Positions 18,879 to 30,100 of a stretch of DNA of 64,000 nt are shown piece by piece. This DNA comes from Candidatus Zhuqueibacterota bacterium. Its GTDB lineage: Bacteria > Zhuqueibacterota > Zhuqueibacteria > Thermofontimicrobiales > Thermofontimicrobiaceae. The stretch spans positions 180,246 through 244,245 of the forward strand of contig JBMOPW010000007.1 in the NCBI GenBank assembly GCA_049322915.1, read 5' to 3'. Made by a program: the position numbers and the translations under genes. The first letter of the stretch is position 1. Every line of letters starts with the position of its first letter. The notes beneath the pieces were generated by a model. The model was not told the origin of the DNA. It saw only the letters and a program-made list of their open reading frames with translations, and searched no databases.

Positions 18879-20579
18879 ATGATGAAAATGCCTCTCTCAA
18901 AAATCAAGTCACTCCCACGACAAAAACTGATTCTCTCACTATTGTTGATTGCAGCCCTCTCTGCCTGCGACGTTTTCACTAACTTCGAACCCCCGCAGGT
19001 GCGAATCATTTCGCCTAAACAGGATGAAATTGTCTATGGCAATGTGGATATCATTGTCGAAGCCACGGATGATAATAAAATCGATCGGGTGGAATTATAC
19101 CTCGATGGATCGTTGGCGAAAACTCTCAGACAGGCTTCTTTTTCATATCATTGGGATTTGAATGAGACTAAAGCAGATACAATTCACTCGGTTTGCGCCA
19201 AGGCGTTTGACGGACATGGCAATTTTAATGAAGTTCATGTGGAATTTTGGGGATTTAAAACAGCGCCAACGCCGAACTTACTTTCACCTGCACTAAATCA
19301 AAAAGTATATTTTGACTCGCCCCGGCTTATCTGGGCCTCTGTTCCAAACACCGAACGCTTCCATTTGGAGCTGGATGATAATTCCGACTTCTCTACTCCC
19401 TTTATCAGCGATGATAATATTACCGATACAAGCTACATTGTCCCCATGGCGCTGCCATATCGAAATTATTATTGGCGAATTCGGACGAAGCAGCCTGTGA
19501 TTGGCTGGTGCGCCTGGTCCAGTGCCTCCACGTTTGACCTGACTTTTTACAGATGGAAATTTTGTACCGCAGGAGAAATTTTAACGTGCCCTGCAATTGA
19601 CTTCGATGGGACCATCTATTTTGGTAGTTCAGATTATTATCTTCATGCTCTTACACCGGATGGCGCCGAAAAATGGAGATTCCAAACTGGCGGTGAGATC
19701 GAGTCCTCGCCGGCCGTTGGGCCGGAGGGAACCATTTATTTTGGTTGTATTGATAGATATGTCTATGCGCTCAATCGTGATGGCAGTTTGAAATGGAAAT
19801 ATTTGACAAATTATCAGATCAAAATGGCTCCTGCGATTGGCGCTGATGGGACTATTTATATTGGTATGGATAATACCTATTTTCATGCGTTTACTCCTGA
19901 TGGCGAATTGAAATGGACATACCGCACTCATTCTGTGTGTCAATCACCAGTAATTGGCTCTGATGGAACAATTTACCTGGCCGGGGTTCATTACTTATAC
20001 GCATTAAATCCGGATGGCAGTTTAAAATGGGAATATGGGTCACGGTTTTATAACTCGTTCAGGACGCCGGTGATCGATTGGGATGGAATAATTTATACAA
20101 AGGGCTGCCCATATTTATACGCCTTTTTTCCAGACGGTGATATAAAATGGAAGATCAATATTGCTGCATCGTCAAATAATAATGCTGCAATTAGTGTTGA
20201 TGGTTTGATTATTGTCGGCGATTCGATGGTTGGATACAGGGCGATAAATCCTTCCGGCGCCATCCAATGGACCTGGCATACCAGTTATGGTGTTGGCCCG
20301 ATGTTGATCGGTTCAGATGGCAGTATTTATTGGACCAGACAGGGGACAGATGAACATGCAGGTTTTTTTGTTATTGACGCTAATGGTCAGTCGTACAAAG
20401 AAATTTTTGTGGATGAAAATGTCAGGGCTGCGCCGGCAATGGGCAATGACGGCACAATTTATGTGGGTACAATGGATGGCAATCTGTACGCAATTCCGAG
20501 TAACAGCTCGGGTTTGGCGAACAGCCCCTGGCCAAAATTTCAGCACGATAACCAAAACACCGGGCGCGCCGGGAATTGA
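18879..20579 (+). CDS. Lipoprotein: Ig-like + Fn3-like + PQQ-like beta-propeller
   Basis: LSAC lipobox, repeated PAIxxDGTIY..LYALxxDGxxKW units and WPKFQHDNQNTG tail. Confidence 0.85.
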   Translation: MMKMPLSKIKSLPRQKLILSLLLIAALSACDVFTNFEPPQVRIISPKQDEIVYGNVDIIVEATDDNKIDRVELYLDGSLAKTLRQASFSYHWDLNETKADTIHSVCAKAFDGHGNFNEVHVEFWGFKTAPTPNLLSPALNQKVYFDSPRLIWASVPNTERFHLELDDNSDFSTPFISDDNITDTSYIVPMALPYRNYYWRIRTKQPVIGWCAWSSASTFDLTFYRWKFCTAGEILTCPAIDFDGTIYFGSSDYYLHALTPDGAEKWRFQTGGEIESSPAVGPEGTIYFGCIDRYVYALNRDGSLKWKYLTNYQIKMAPAIGADGTIYIGMDNTYFHAFTPDGELKWTYRTHSVCQSPVIGSDGTIYLAGVHYLYALNPDGSLKWEYGSRFYNSFRTPVIDWDGIIYTKGCPYLYAFFPDGDIKWKINIAASSNNNAAISVDGLIIVGDSMVGYRAINPSGAIQWTWHTSYGVGPMLIGSDGSIYWTRQGTDEHAGFFVIDANGQSYKEIFVDENVRAAPAMGNDGTIYVGTMDGNLYAIPSNSSGLANSPWPKFQHDNQNTGRAGN

Positions 20580-20630
20580 TGTGTTACGTAATTCCAGATC
20601 GGCTTGGGATTTTTCAATATTTTAAATTTG

Positions 20631-20812
20631 GCAAATATTTTTTAGACTTTTTTTGACAGAAAATTCTAGATAACACTGATGATGCAGATGATCCGCTTAA
20701 AAAAATGTAGCCCTTCAACACGGATCATGCCAGAGATAGATGCGTTCTTCGTCTCGTTTACACTGATTAAGAATCCGCGAAGATCAGTGTCATCCGCGTA
20801 ATCAGTGTTCTA
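20631..20812. repeat. Dispersed ~200-bp repeat, copy 2
   Basis: Colinear with 2366-2572. Imperfect inverted ends AACACTGATGATGC...GCGTAATCAGTGTT. Confidence 0.8.
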
Positions 20813-20833
20813 TTTCATTTTTGAGTCTGAATT

Positions 20834-23800
20834 ATGAAGGTTAAAACTTTGATAATACAAAAGGACCAGTTCATGAATTGCTTCAATCATAAGATATGCA
20901 TCGGTGCAATACTAATGGTGGCATTGCTTTCTCCAGTCCAGCATCTGAAAAGCTACAAATCGGGGATAACAGACGATGTGAAACCTGCGGTTCCGCCGGA
21001 GATGACCACGCATCAAATTGATGAGAGCAGAGTCGATTTCGAGATACGATTGGCTGGAATTTTGATAGAAGAAATGCCAGGTCAGCCCGGGTGGCAGAAA
21101 ATTACCCTGCCGGGATATGGCCATATTTCTGAAATCGGTCACCTAATGGTCCCTCAAATAATTCGTCCAATTGCTATTCCTGCTTCAGCTACTTCGGAAG
21201 ATATTCTCATTAAAATCAAATCAACGGCATTCTCCTCAGTTACGGATGTGCAGCTAAATCCGGTTCCTGAAATGGAGGAAAAAAAACAGACAGACGGCAG
21301 CTTCATTATTGAGGAGAAATATTCGCCGGATAAGGCGTTGTACATCGAGGATGCGTTCTATCCAGAAAATAATGTATCGGTCGAAAAGATTGGATTTGTG
21401 CGCGACCAAAGAGTTGCCTGGCTGAGAGTCTGCCCTGTTCAGTTCAATCCTATTGCGCGGGAAATTAGGGTGGCCGAGCGAATTGAATTTACTGTTCAAT
21501 TGAAATCCGGCGGTAGCATAACCGAAAATATTTTCAATCCGGCCACAATATTTTTCTCCAAACGCGCTTCGGCCCAGAAAGCTGGAAATGTATCCTACCC
21601 GGTGGATTTGCTGGACTCTCGTATTGAAGTGGATTATTTGCTGATCGCTGAAGAATCATTTTTCGGAAATGCGGCACTGGATTCGCTGGCACAGGTTCGC
21701 GCGACCTCGTCCGGCCTCGATGTGGCTGTGGTGAAAACGAGCGAGATTTATCAGCAATTCCCGGATGCCGCACACGATGCGTCCATTAAGTCGTTCATCA
21801 TGTATGCTTATAACAATTGGCAGGCGTCCTATTTTGGCGATGGCCACCTGGGATTTGTTCTGCTGGTCGGTGAGGGAAATGAATTCAGTGAGCGCCATGT
21901 TCCCACGCACGTTGGCCCGGCGCATTCCGCTGACCAGTGGTATGCCTGCCTGAATGACGATAACGGCGACAATGCTGTGAATGATTATGACCTGACGCCG
22001 GATATAATGGTCGGCCGTTTTTCGGTTGAGAGCCCGGAAGAACTGAATACGATAGTGCGAAAGACGATTCGATACGAGTCTGGCCTGAATTTGAATGAAC
22101 CATGGCGCAGAAAAATTTCGTTAATCAGCGGCTACATTGCGTCAGAGGTCTACGGGGAAATTCAAAGTTTATTCGAAGATTTGAATGAAACGGTTAGTGA
22201 ACAGGATTCTTATTATGTCTCAGATGAACTGATACGTTCGGATGACGGCGCCGACTTCGTGCGAACATCTTGCTTCGAAGCGTTCAACCAGGGACGCGGC
22301 ATTATCAATATACAGGCGCACGGCGGCGTGGATAACCTCGGCGACAGTCACGGCTGGCTGCTGTTTCAATCTCTGGACGTGGCCAATCTGGCTAACGAAA
22401 ACAGGTTGCCGGTAGTATTTAGCTTTGCCTGCCACACCGGTGAATTTTTCGACCTGAATGTGGATTGTCTTGGCGAAGCCCTGTTGAACACGGCGAACGA
22501 AGGCGCTGTGTTTTTTCTCGGTTGTACACATTCGGTAAATTATTTCGTCAATGATCGTCTGAACCGCCGGCTGTTCGAAATCCTCTTCTCACGGCAGATC
22601 GGCTGCCTGGGACTGGCGCTCTACTATGCCAATATTTTTGAATACCCGTTTTCAACGTATAATATTTTGGGCGATCCTGCGCTTTCGTTGACAAAAAATG
22701 AGGTTGAGCCGATGGTTGACCTGAGTGTTGCATCTTCCGATATCCGGATTTTTTGGTCCTCAACCGAAGGAAATGTGGAAATGATTTCGGCAGAAATTTA
22801 CAATGTGGGATTTCGCGATGTGAAAGACGTCCTGGTGCAATTTTTTAATGGCGATCCGGATAGCGGCGGAATCAAGATTCAGGGAGATATGGTCCTGGAG
22901 AATATCCCAGGCCAGGGCGGACATGCGGCAGCGCTTGTGGAAATTGGAGAGCTTTATGAAGAGGAACTGACAGTCTATGTTATAGTTGATCCGTATAATT
23001 CAGTCCAGGAAATTGAAGAGGGAAATAACCGGGCGTCTGTATACTCTATTGTATATCCGTTCATCGATGTGGCGGAGGACGCTGTTCCGCAGATGGCAGG
23101 AATCGGTTATAGCACAGCATTTGGGGATTACAATAATAATGGCTTTCCGGACATTTTCGTTGTGAGCAAGAACGGCAACGCCCTGTTTCAAAATTCGAAT
23201 GGCGATTTGTTTGCGGACGTCTCCCATTCTGCCGGCATTCACGATTCGTACAATGTCAACAGCTCAACCTTCCTGGATTTTGACAATGACGGCGATCTGG
23301 ATATTGCGCTGAATATGCTGAGCTACAAACCGGACGACCTGTTTTACATCGACACTATTTTTTATGAGAATGACGGACAGCGCCATTTCTCCATCAGAAT
23401 TCCATACACGAGCGAAGGTCTGCCGCTGAAGGCCGAGCCAATCGCCTGTTTTGATTTTGACAACAATGGGCTGCTTGATTTCTTGTGCAGCGAAAACAAT
23501 GGCGAGGCATGTTTTTTATTCAAAAATCTAGGGGATGGCCGGTTTGCGGATGTCACTCAAATCGTCGTTCCAATTTTAGAAGAAGGAGGTAAACACGCCT
23601 CGGTGAGCGATTACAATAGCGATGGCTTCCCTGATGTGTATGTGCTGAGGTCGTCGTCCGATTCCAATTTGCTGCTCATGAACAACCGGGATGGCACGTT
23701 TACGGATGTAGCAGACGAAGCCGGCGTCAGTTCGCCAAAGGGAGCGGATTGGTCGGTGTTTGGCGACTACAATAACGATGGCTGGTCCGATTTATTTATC

Positions 23801-24730
23801 TACCACCCAACTGGTCTCAATGCACTGTATCGCAGCAATGGCGATGGGTCGTTTGAGAATGCAGCAAATATTGCCAATGTTGCCGAGATTAAAGCCGGCT
23901 TTACCAATGGAACATTTTTAGACTATGACAACGATGGTTATCAGGATTTACTTTTAAAATTCGAAGTGTTCGATTTGTACAAAAATAACAGGGACGGCAC
24001 TTTCAGCAAGGATTTTATCAAACCTTCCGGGTTTAGCTTCAGCAGCATAGCCGTTGCCGATTACGACAGGAACGGCGGCGTCGATGTGTTTTGCCTGGGC
24101 ACGACTGGCATTCCCAATGCGCTTTTCAAAAATCGGCTCAAAATGAACAATTGGCTGACCGTGCATTTAAAAGGAATCACATGCAATTCATCCGGGATCG
24201 GCGCGCGGATTCGTGTCGTGGCCGGCGGACTGAATCAGATTCGCGATGTGGTGAACCAATTTGCCGGGGGCTTGCAGTGCGATCTCCCGGTTGAATTCGG
24301 ATTGGGGAATCACAGCGTCGTCGACACCCTTGAAGTGCGCTGGCCCGACGGGAAATCGGATATTCTTACCGGAGTAAAGGCAAACGCGGCAATCACAGTG
24401 GAACAGGGCAGGGGAGATGCCGCCATCCCAAGTTCCTCGTACTTGAGACAGAATTTTCCCAATCCGTTCAATCAATTGACGATGATTCAGTACCAGGTTC
24501 AGGGGAATCCGTTGAGTCCTGAGAAAACGGTTGCCGTTAATCTGTCCGTTTACAACATAGTTGGTCAGAAAGTAAAAACGCTTGTGAATGAAAACCGAAT
24601 CGTCGGAAGCTATGGTGCTTTGTGGGACGGCAAAGATGAACTTGGGAATTACGCGCCCAGCGGCCTGTATTTTTATAATCTTCGCTCCGGGGATTTTACC
24701 GAGACGAAAAAAATGCTGCTGCTGCGGTAG
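20834..24730 (+). CDS. Secreted C25 (gingipain-like) peptidase + CARDB + FG-GAP/ASPIC-UnbV + FlgD/T9SS-type CTD
   Basis: Propeptide, VGRF, QAHG and FACHTG dyad, YNILGDP, E.EEGNN, DYNNDG repeats, GIGARI..FGLG..VRWPDG and QNFPNPFN..SGLYFY. Confidence 0.88.
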   Translation: MKVKTLIIQKDQFMNCFNHKICIGAILMVALLSPVQHLKSYKSGITDDVKPAVPPEMTTHQIDESRVDFEIRLAGILIEEMPGQPGWQKITLPGYGHISEIGHLMVPQIIRPIAIPASATSEDILIKIKSTAFSSVTDVQLNPVPEMEEKKQTDGSFIIEEKYSPDKALYIEDAFYPENNVSVEKIGFVRDQRVAWLRVCPVQFNPIAREIRVAERIEFTVQLKSGGSITENIFNPATIFFSKRASAQKAGNVSYPVDLLDSRIEVDYLLIAEESFFGNAALDSLAQVRATSSGLDVAVVKTSEIYQQFPDAAHDASIKSFIMYAYNNWQASYFGDGHLGFVLLVGEGNEFSERHVPTHVGPAHSADQWYACLNDDNGDNAVNDYDLTPDIMVGRFSVESPEELNTIVRKTIRYESGLNLNEPWRRKISLISGYIASEVYGEIQSLFEDLNETVSEQDSYYVSDELIRSDDGADFVRTSCFEAFNQGRGIINIQAHGGVDNLGDSHGWLLFQSLDVANLANENRLPVVFSFACHTGEFFDLNVDCLGEALLNTANEGAVFFLGCTHSVNYFVNDRLNRRLFEILFSRQIGCLGLALYYANIFEYPFSTYNILGDPALSLTKNEVEPMVDLSVASSDIRIFWSSTEGNVEMISAEIYNVGFRDVKDVLVQFFNGDPDSGGIKIQGDMVLENIPGQGGHAAALVEIGELYEEELTVYVIVDPYNSVQEIEEGNNRASVYSIVYPFIDVAEDAVPQMAGIGYSTAFGDYNNNGFPDIFVVSKNGNALFQNSNGDLFADVSHSAGIHDSYNVNSSTFLDFDNDGDLDIALNMLSYKPDDLFYIDTIFYENDGQRHFSIRIPYTSEGLPLKAEPIACFDFDNNGLLDFLCSENNGEACFLFKNLGDGRFADVTQIVVPILEEGGKHASVSDYNSDGFPDVYVLRSSSDSNLLLMNNRDGTFTDVADEAGVSSPKGADWSVFGDYNNDGWSDLFIYHPTGLNALYRSNGDGSFENAANIANVAEIKAGFTNGTFLDYDNDGYQDLLLKFEVFDLYKNNRDGTFSKDFIKPSGFSFSSIAVADYDRNGGVDVFCLGTTGIPNALFKNRLKMNNWLTVHLKGITCNSSGIGARIRVVAGGLNQIRDVVNQFAGGLQCDLPVEFGLGNHSVVDTLEVRWPDGKSDILTGVKANAAITVEQGRGDAAIPSSSYLRQNFPNPFNQLTMIQYQVQGNPLSPEKTVAVNLSVYNIVGQKVKTLVNENRIVGSYGALWDGKDELGNYAPSGLYFYNLRSGDFTETKKMLLLR

Positions 24731-24968
24731 TGGTTGATATTTATGAAATCGTATGAACACTGAATTATGTTTTCAGTGCGATTTATAAAATTAGGCGAGC
24801 GAAGCAGTGGCGTAGAAAAAAGATTGTTTCACCACTAAGCGGCTCGGTTTTTATACGCTCCACCAATCGCGAAGGGCTGTAAATGGTTAGCTATTGCCAA
24901 CGAAACTAAAGCCAAAATCCCGTTAGGGGTGATTTAATTCATTGATCTAAATTCAAGCTGAACACAAA

Positions 24969-26654
24969 ATGAACCGACTCAAACACATTTCTAAAATCAT
25001 ATCTATTTTTTTGCTGGCATTGGCGCAATGTAGTATTTTACCGGATTTCGAACCGCCGAGCGTGACAATCCATTCCCCGAAAGCTGGCGAATCAGCGTAC
25101 GGCAGTGTTGAAATTGTTGCCGAAGCCAGCGACAACAACCGGCTGGATCGGATGGAATTGTACCTGGATGGGGACCTCGTTCAAACCGCTCGCGAAAACA
25201 CGATTCGGTTTACCTGGGATTTGACACAGACCAATAGCGATGCTGACCACTCTGTCCGAGTAAAAGCGATCGATCGGAGCGACAACTGGATTAATGCCGA
25301 AGTGAAGTTTTTTGGGTATGGCAAGCTGCCGGAAAAGCCTGTGCTCCTCAGTCCTATTTCAGGCGTAAAATTTACAGTTGGGGCGCCGCTGCTGGACTGG
25401 TCCGATGTTTCCAGCGCCGAGCGCTATCACCTTCAGGTGGATGATAATCAGGATTTTTCCTCGCCGTTCATCAGCGATGTTTCTCTGTCAACATCAGAAT
25501 ACGAGTTGACGGTTTTACTGGATGTGAACAAAGCCTATTTTTGGCGAGTGAGGGCAAAATTAGAATGGACATATTGGAGCGAGTGGTCCGAAACCGGGGA
25601 TTTTTTCATTATGACTTATGAATGGAAAATTCTGGTTGGGGATGGTGTTTCCACATCACCGGCAATTGATTTTGATGGCAACATTTACGTCGGCAGTTTC
25701 GATGGCACTATGTACGCTTTGTCCATAAACGGTGTTGAAAAATGGAGATTTAAGACTGACGCTATAATTAATTCAGCAGCGACAATAGCTTCGGATGGCT
25801 CAATTTACTTTGGTTCGAATGATGGTAACTTATATGCATTGGACAAGGACGGGAATTTGAAGTGGAAATTTGAAACTGGCGCTGCCATCACAGCATCTCC
25901 GGCAATTGGATACGATGGCATCATTTATATCGGCAGCGATGATTATCATTTTTATGCAATAACCCCGGACGGACAGGTGAAATGGAAATTCGAAACCGAT
26001 GGAGGCATTGGTTCATCGGCTGCAATTGATCAGTCGGGAAATATCTATTTTGGCTGCGACGATGGTTATATCTACGCGCTGAAATATAATGGCTACATAA
26101 AATGGAAGTATAAAACAGGGGGGGACGTCGACTCGTCTCCGGCTGTTGGACCGGACGGAATTATTTATATTGGATCGTATGATGAACATCTTTACGCCAT
26201 AAATTCGGACGGGACTCTGAGATGGGAGTTTGAATTGGACGGACAGGGTTCTCCGACGATAAACGTGGATGGTACAGTGGTTGTCCGCTCCGGCTTAAAT
26301 CTTGTCGGCATAAGTCTGGGTGGGGTTTTCAGATGGAGTCGCAGGCTAACGAACGGCGTGACTGATCCGGCGCTCAGTTCAGATGGAACGATTTACGTGG
26401 GAGCAACCAATCCAAGTAACATGCTGCCTTTGGGCGATTTCTATTTATTGGATTCAGTGGGCGACCTGATTAAAAAATATGAAATCGGCCCGACGTGGGA
26501 TATTTGCCCGGCAATCAATGACAAAGGAACCGTTTTTATCGCCACCCGCGATGGCTATTTGCATGCAATCAATGGATTGACTTCCGGGCTGGCTACCAGC
26601 TATTGGCCCAAATTCCAGCATGACAGCCAGAACACGGGGAGAGCCCGGAATTAA
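24969..26654 (+). CDS. Lipoprotein paralogue of 18879-20579 (Ig + Fn3 + PQQ-like propeller)
   Basis: LAQC lipobox, same architecture and WPKFQHDSQNTG tail. Confidence 0.85.
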   Translation: MNRLKHISKIISIFLLALAQCSILPDFEPPSVTIHSPKAGESAYGSVEIVAEASDNNRLDRMELYLDGDLVQTARENTIRFTWDLTQTNSDADHSVRVKAIDRSDNWINAEVKFFGYGKLPEKPVLLSPISGVKFTVGAPLLDWSDVSSAERYHLQVDDNQDFSSPFISDVSLSTSEYELTVLLDVNKAYFWRVRAKLEWTYWSEWSETGDFFIMTYEWKILVGDGVSTSPAIDFDGNIYVGSFDGTMYALSINGVEKWRFKTDAIINSAATIASDGSIYFGSNDGNLYALDKDGNLKWKFETGAAITASPAIGYDGIIYIGSDDYHFYAITPDGQVKWKFETDGGIGSSAAIDQSGNIYFGCDDGYIYALKYNGYIKWKYKTGGDVDSSPAVGPDGIIYIGSYDEHLYAINSDGTLRWEFELDGQGSPTINVDGTVVVRSGLNLVGISLGGVFRWSRRLTNGVTDPALSSDGTIYVGATNPSNMLPLGDFYLLDSVGDLIKKYEIGPTWDICPAINDKGTVFIATRDGYLHAINGLTSGLATSYWPKFQHDSQNTGRARN

Positions 26655-26799
26655 TTCAGGCACAATTGAGCATTGCCACTTGCCAATTGAAAATGGCCAA
26701 TTGTCAATTGATCGTTGATGATTAAGGCACACTGGCCTATTCTTCCCGCACCCTTTGAAATTATTTCCCCGCTCAAAAAACATTGACTTTCAAAAATTT
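26654..26799 (+). repeat. Diverged direct repeat of 30492-30745
   Basis: ATTCAGGCACAATTGAG...TGTCAATT..GATCGTT and exact TTGACTTTCAAAAATT are shared in the same order. Confidence 0.75.
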
Positions 26800-26897
26800 T
26801 TAGACCAACCAGATGTAACGCCGCATCCCTACTGAAAATTCGATGTCACGATTCAGTTTCACTTCAAAATAATTTGATTACAATGCAATGATTCTTT

Positions 26898-26935
26898 CCC
26901 TCATCCCCGGCCCTTTTCCCAGTGGGAGAAGGGGG
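26898..26935. repeat. REP-like hairpin (CCCTCAxCCC..CCCTTxTCCC..GGGAGAAGGG type)
   Basis: Stem CCCTTTTCCC/GGGAGAAGGG preceded by CCCTCATCCCCGG. Confidence 0.55.
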
Positions 26936-27165
26936 ACGGTAGCGTGAGTCAACGAATTTGAAATGCCTGAAGGCAGAAGCAAAGTAAAAAAATTTTTCAA
27001 GTTTTTGAGTCCTGAAGGCTGAATAGTGATAATTCAATTTGCTTTGATCCCCATTTTTTATTACATTACCGTAGCTTTCCTGTGAATTCAATGGGGTCAT
27101 GACCTGAAACGCATTGCACACCCCATGCTGTTTGAGCCTTCATCCGATAAAAAGGAGACTGCGAA

Positions 27166-30100
27166 ATGCCCGATAGCACTCAGCCTGCAACTCCAAAAGT
27201 TTTCATTTCCTCGACGGTCGGGGATTTAACTGAATTCCGAACCGCTGTCCGCGATGCGGCGCTCCGCATCGAATTTTTACCGGTGATGTCCGAGTATTTT
27301 TTAGCCAGTGGCGCGCGGCCGCCGCTGGATGAATGCCTGGCAAAAGTCGACGCATGCGATGTGCTGGTGGTGATCGTCGCCCATCGCTTCGGCTGGATTC
27401 CTGAAAAACAGCCGGGAAAAGAGCGAAAAAGCATCACCTGGCTGGAGTGCGAACGGGCCAGAATGAACGGCACGGAAATTTTAGCTTTTCTCGCCGATGA
27501 AAAAATGGAGTGGGATGAAAAGAAAAAAGAATCCTATCGGCTGGTGGAGGCAGCCAATAGCGGGACGTTGACGCCGGCGCTGTCGGAGGATGTTCTGCAG
27601 GCGATGAATGAGCTGGACGTTTTCAAAGCCTGGCTCAATAAAAATTATGTTCGCGATACATTTACTAATTTTTCTGACCTGGCTGCCAAAGTGAGCCCGG
27701 CGCTATCTGATTGGCGGGAAAGGCATCGCGCTCAATTCCCGGTTACGACCGTGACCTCCGACCCGACGCGCTACCTGCAATGGATTTACGATGAGTGCAG
27801 CACCATCCCCATCCGCGGGCTTGCCGTGGGAAGCGGCAAAGTCCACACATTCGGTATTGAAGAACTGTACATCCCGCTCAAAACCGCCGGCGAGCAAAAA
27901 GAACGAGGCAGCGATAAAAAAACAATGGCTCCGGATGTCGCGCCCCGAAAAGTGGAATTGCACGAGACGCTCACGCACAAATACCTCACCATCATCGGCG
28001 ACCCCGGAGCCGGCAAGACAACGTTTCTCCGGCGCATTGCCTTTCACGCGTCGCGCGCATTGCTGCACCTCCCGCTTCCGGTAACTGCCAAAGCGTTCAC
28101 ACCAGGGCGCGACGATTTCCCGATTTTCATTCGGTTGGGCGAACTCACCGAATACATCATCCGATGCCGCAAGAGAAACGACTGCGCGCACCCGGTCGCT
28201 GCGGACGACCCGGAATGGATTCTCCAGTTTTTGGCGGACAGAAGCCAGTCCAAATCCTGGGGCCTGTCCAGAGAACATTTCAAACAGAAATTCCAGTCCG
28301 GGGACACGATTTTCCTGCTCGACGGTCTGGATGAAGCCCCGGACAGAATCACGCGCGAATCCATGTGCCGCCTGGTGGAAAGCTGCATGCGCGATTATCC
28401 CGGCTGCTCCTTTGTGGTCACCAGCCGGCCCGGGGCCTACCGCGACAACGCGGTCCTGCAAAATTTCTATCACGTCACCATCGAACCGCTGGAAGATTCG
28501 TCCATTCAAACATTCCTGCGCCGCTGGTCCGACGCACTGTTCCCGGGCAGCCCTGCGCAGGCGGGAGACCATTACAACGACTTGAACGGCGCCCTGCAGA
28601 GCCGCATTGAAATACGGCGAATGGCGCGCAACCCGGTGATGCTCACAGCCCTGGCCGTGGTGCACTGGAATGAGAGCCGACTGCCGGAACAGCGGGCCGA
28701 TCTGTACGAATCGGTCATCACCTGGTTGCTGCGGTCGCGGGAGCAGCGGCCCGGCCGGCTGAGCGCGGAACAGTGCGGCGCCCGCCTGCAAAACCTGGCC
28801 CTGGCCATGCAGAACCACCCGGAGGGCCGCAAGGTTTCTGTTGGCAGGCGTTGGGCTGCGGAAGCCATCAAAGACGATTTTCCCGGGAAAACAAAGGAAC
28901 AGAAAATTGCTGCCGCCGAAACATTTTTGAGCGAGGAAGAGGTGGACAGCGGCATTGTGGTGGGACGGGGAAATAACATCACGTTCTGGCATTTAACATT
29001 TCAGGAATACCTGGCCGCCAAAGCCCTGGGCGGGAAGTCCGATGAAACGCAAAAGAGTCTGCTGGTGAACCGGAAAATATTGCACGACCCGGACTGGCGC
29101 GAAGTGCTCTTGCTATTTGCCGGCGTGCTCTATGGCCAGGGCGTGGATAAAGTGGACAATTTTTTCCGCGCGATTCTGGACAAGGTTGAAGAAAACAAAG
29201 ATTTGGGTTCCCGGGCGCGATGCGTTGGCATCATTGGTGGCATGCTGCGCGACCTGTCTCCATTCAAATACGAAATAAAAGACCCGCGCTTTAAAAAAAT
29301 GCTGAACAATGTGATGGCTATTTTTGACAAAGAAAAAGCGCGTAACATTGATGTGAAAACACGTTTGGAAGCAGCCGATGCGTTGGGCCAGGCCGGGGAC
29401 CCGCGGTTGAACGAAACAGACTGGGTAAAAATTCCGGCCGGCAGTTTTCTTATGGGCGCGCAGAAAGAAAACAAGGCGAAACCCAATTACAATGAAAGTG
29501 CTCAAGAATGGGAATCCCCGGTGCATGAGGTGAAATTGTCGGCCTTTAAAATAAGCAGGTACCTGGTCACGGTAGGCCAGTACCGGCAATTCGTGGAAAA
29601 CGATGGCTATCAAAACAGAGCTTACTGGACGAATGGCGGTTGGGAACAATTCACTGAACCGAAAGATTGGGAGCAACAATTAGTTTTTCCCAGCCGGCCG
29701 GTGGTGGGGGTGAGCTGGTACGAAGCCAGCGCCTTTGCCGCCTGGGCAAAAGTAAAACTGCCCACGGAAGCCCAGTGGGAGCGAGCCGCGCAGGGCAAGA
29801 GCGGAAAGTACCATAAATATCCCTGGGGCGATGCAGAGCCGGACGGAAAAATTTCAAATTCAGGCCACACAAAATTAGGCCATCCATCCCCGGTGGGTTT
29901 GTTCCCGGACGATTGCACCGAAGAAGGTGTGCTGGACATGGGCGGCAATGTCTGGGAGTGGTGCCGCGACTGGTTCGACGATACGGGTTTTTATGAAAAA
30001 TCAACAGGATTTCTGAATCCATTAAATGATGAGGATGGCTCCCCGGGAGCATTTGGCAAAAAAGAAGGGCGCGTCGTTCGTGGCGGCTCGTGGGACTTCG

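Noticed and set aside
19550..26600. Periodic DNA similarity suggesting an array
   Set aside because: Explained by protein propeller and FG-GAP repeats. There is no identical repeat-spacer pattern and no cas gene, so no CRISPR call.
26800..27165. Possible DGR template repeat or avd upstream of the target
   Set aside because: No AAC-rich copy of the VR and no suitable ORF was found here or elsewhere in the window by eye.
27703..28992. 429-aa minus-strand ORF
   Set aside because: Antisense to the GC-rich NACHT region with no RT or other motifs.
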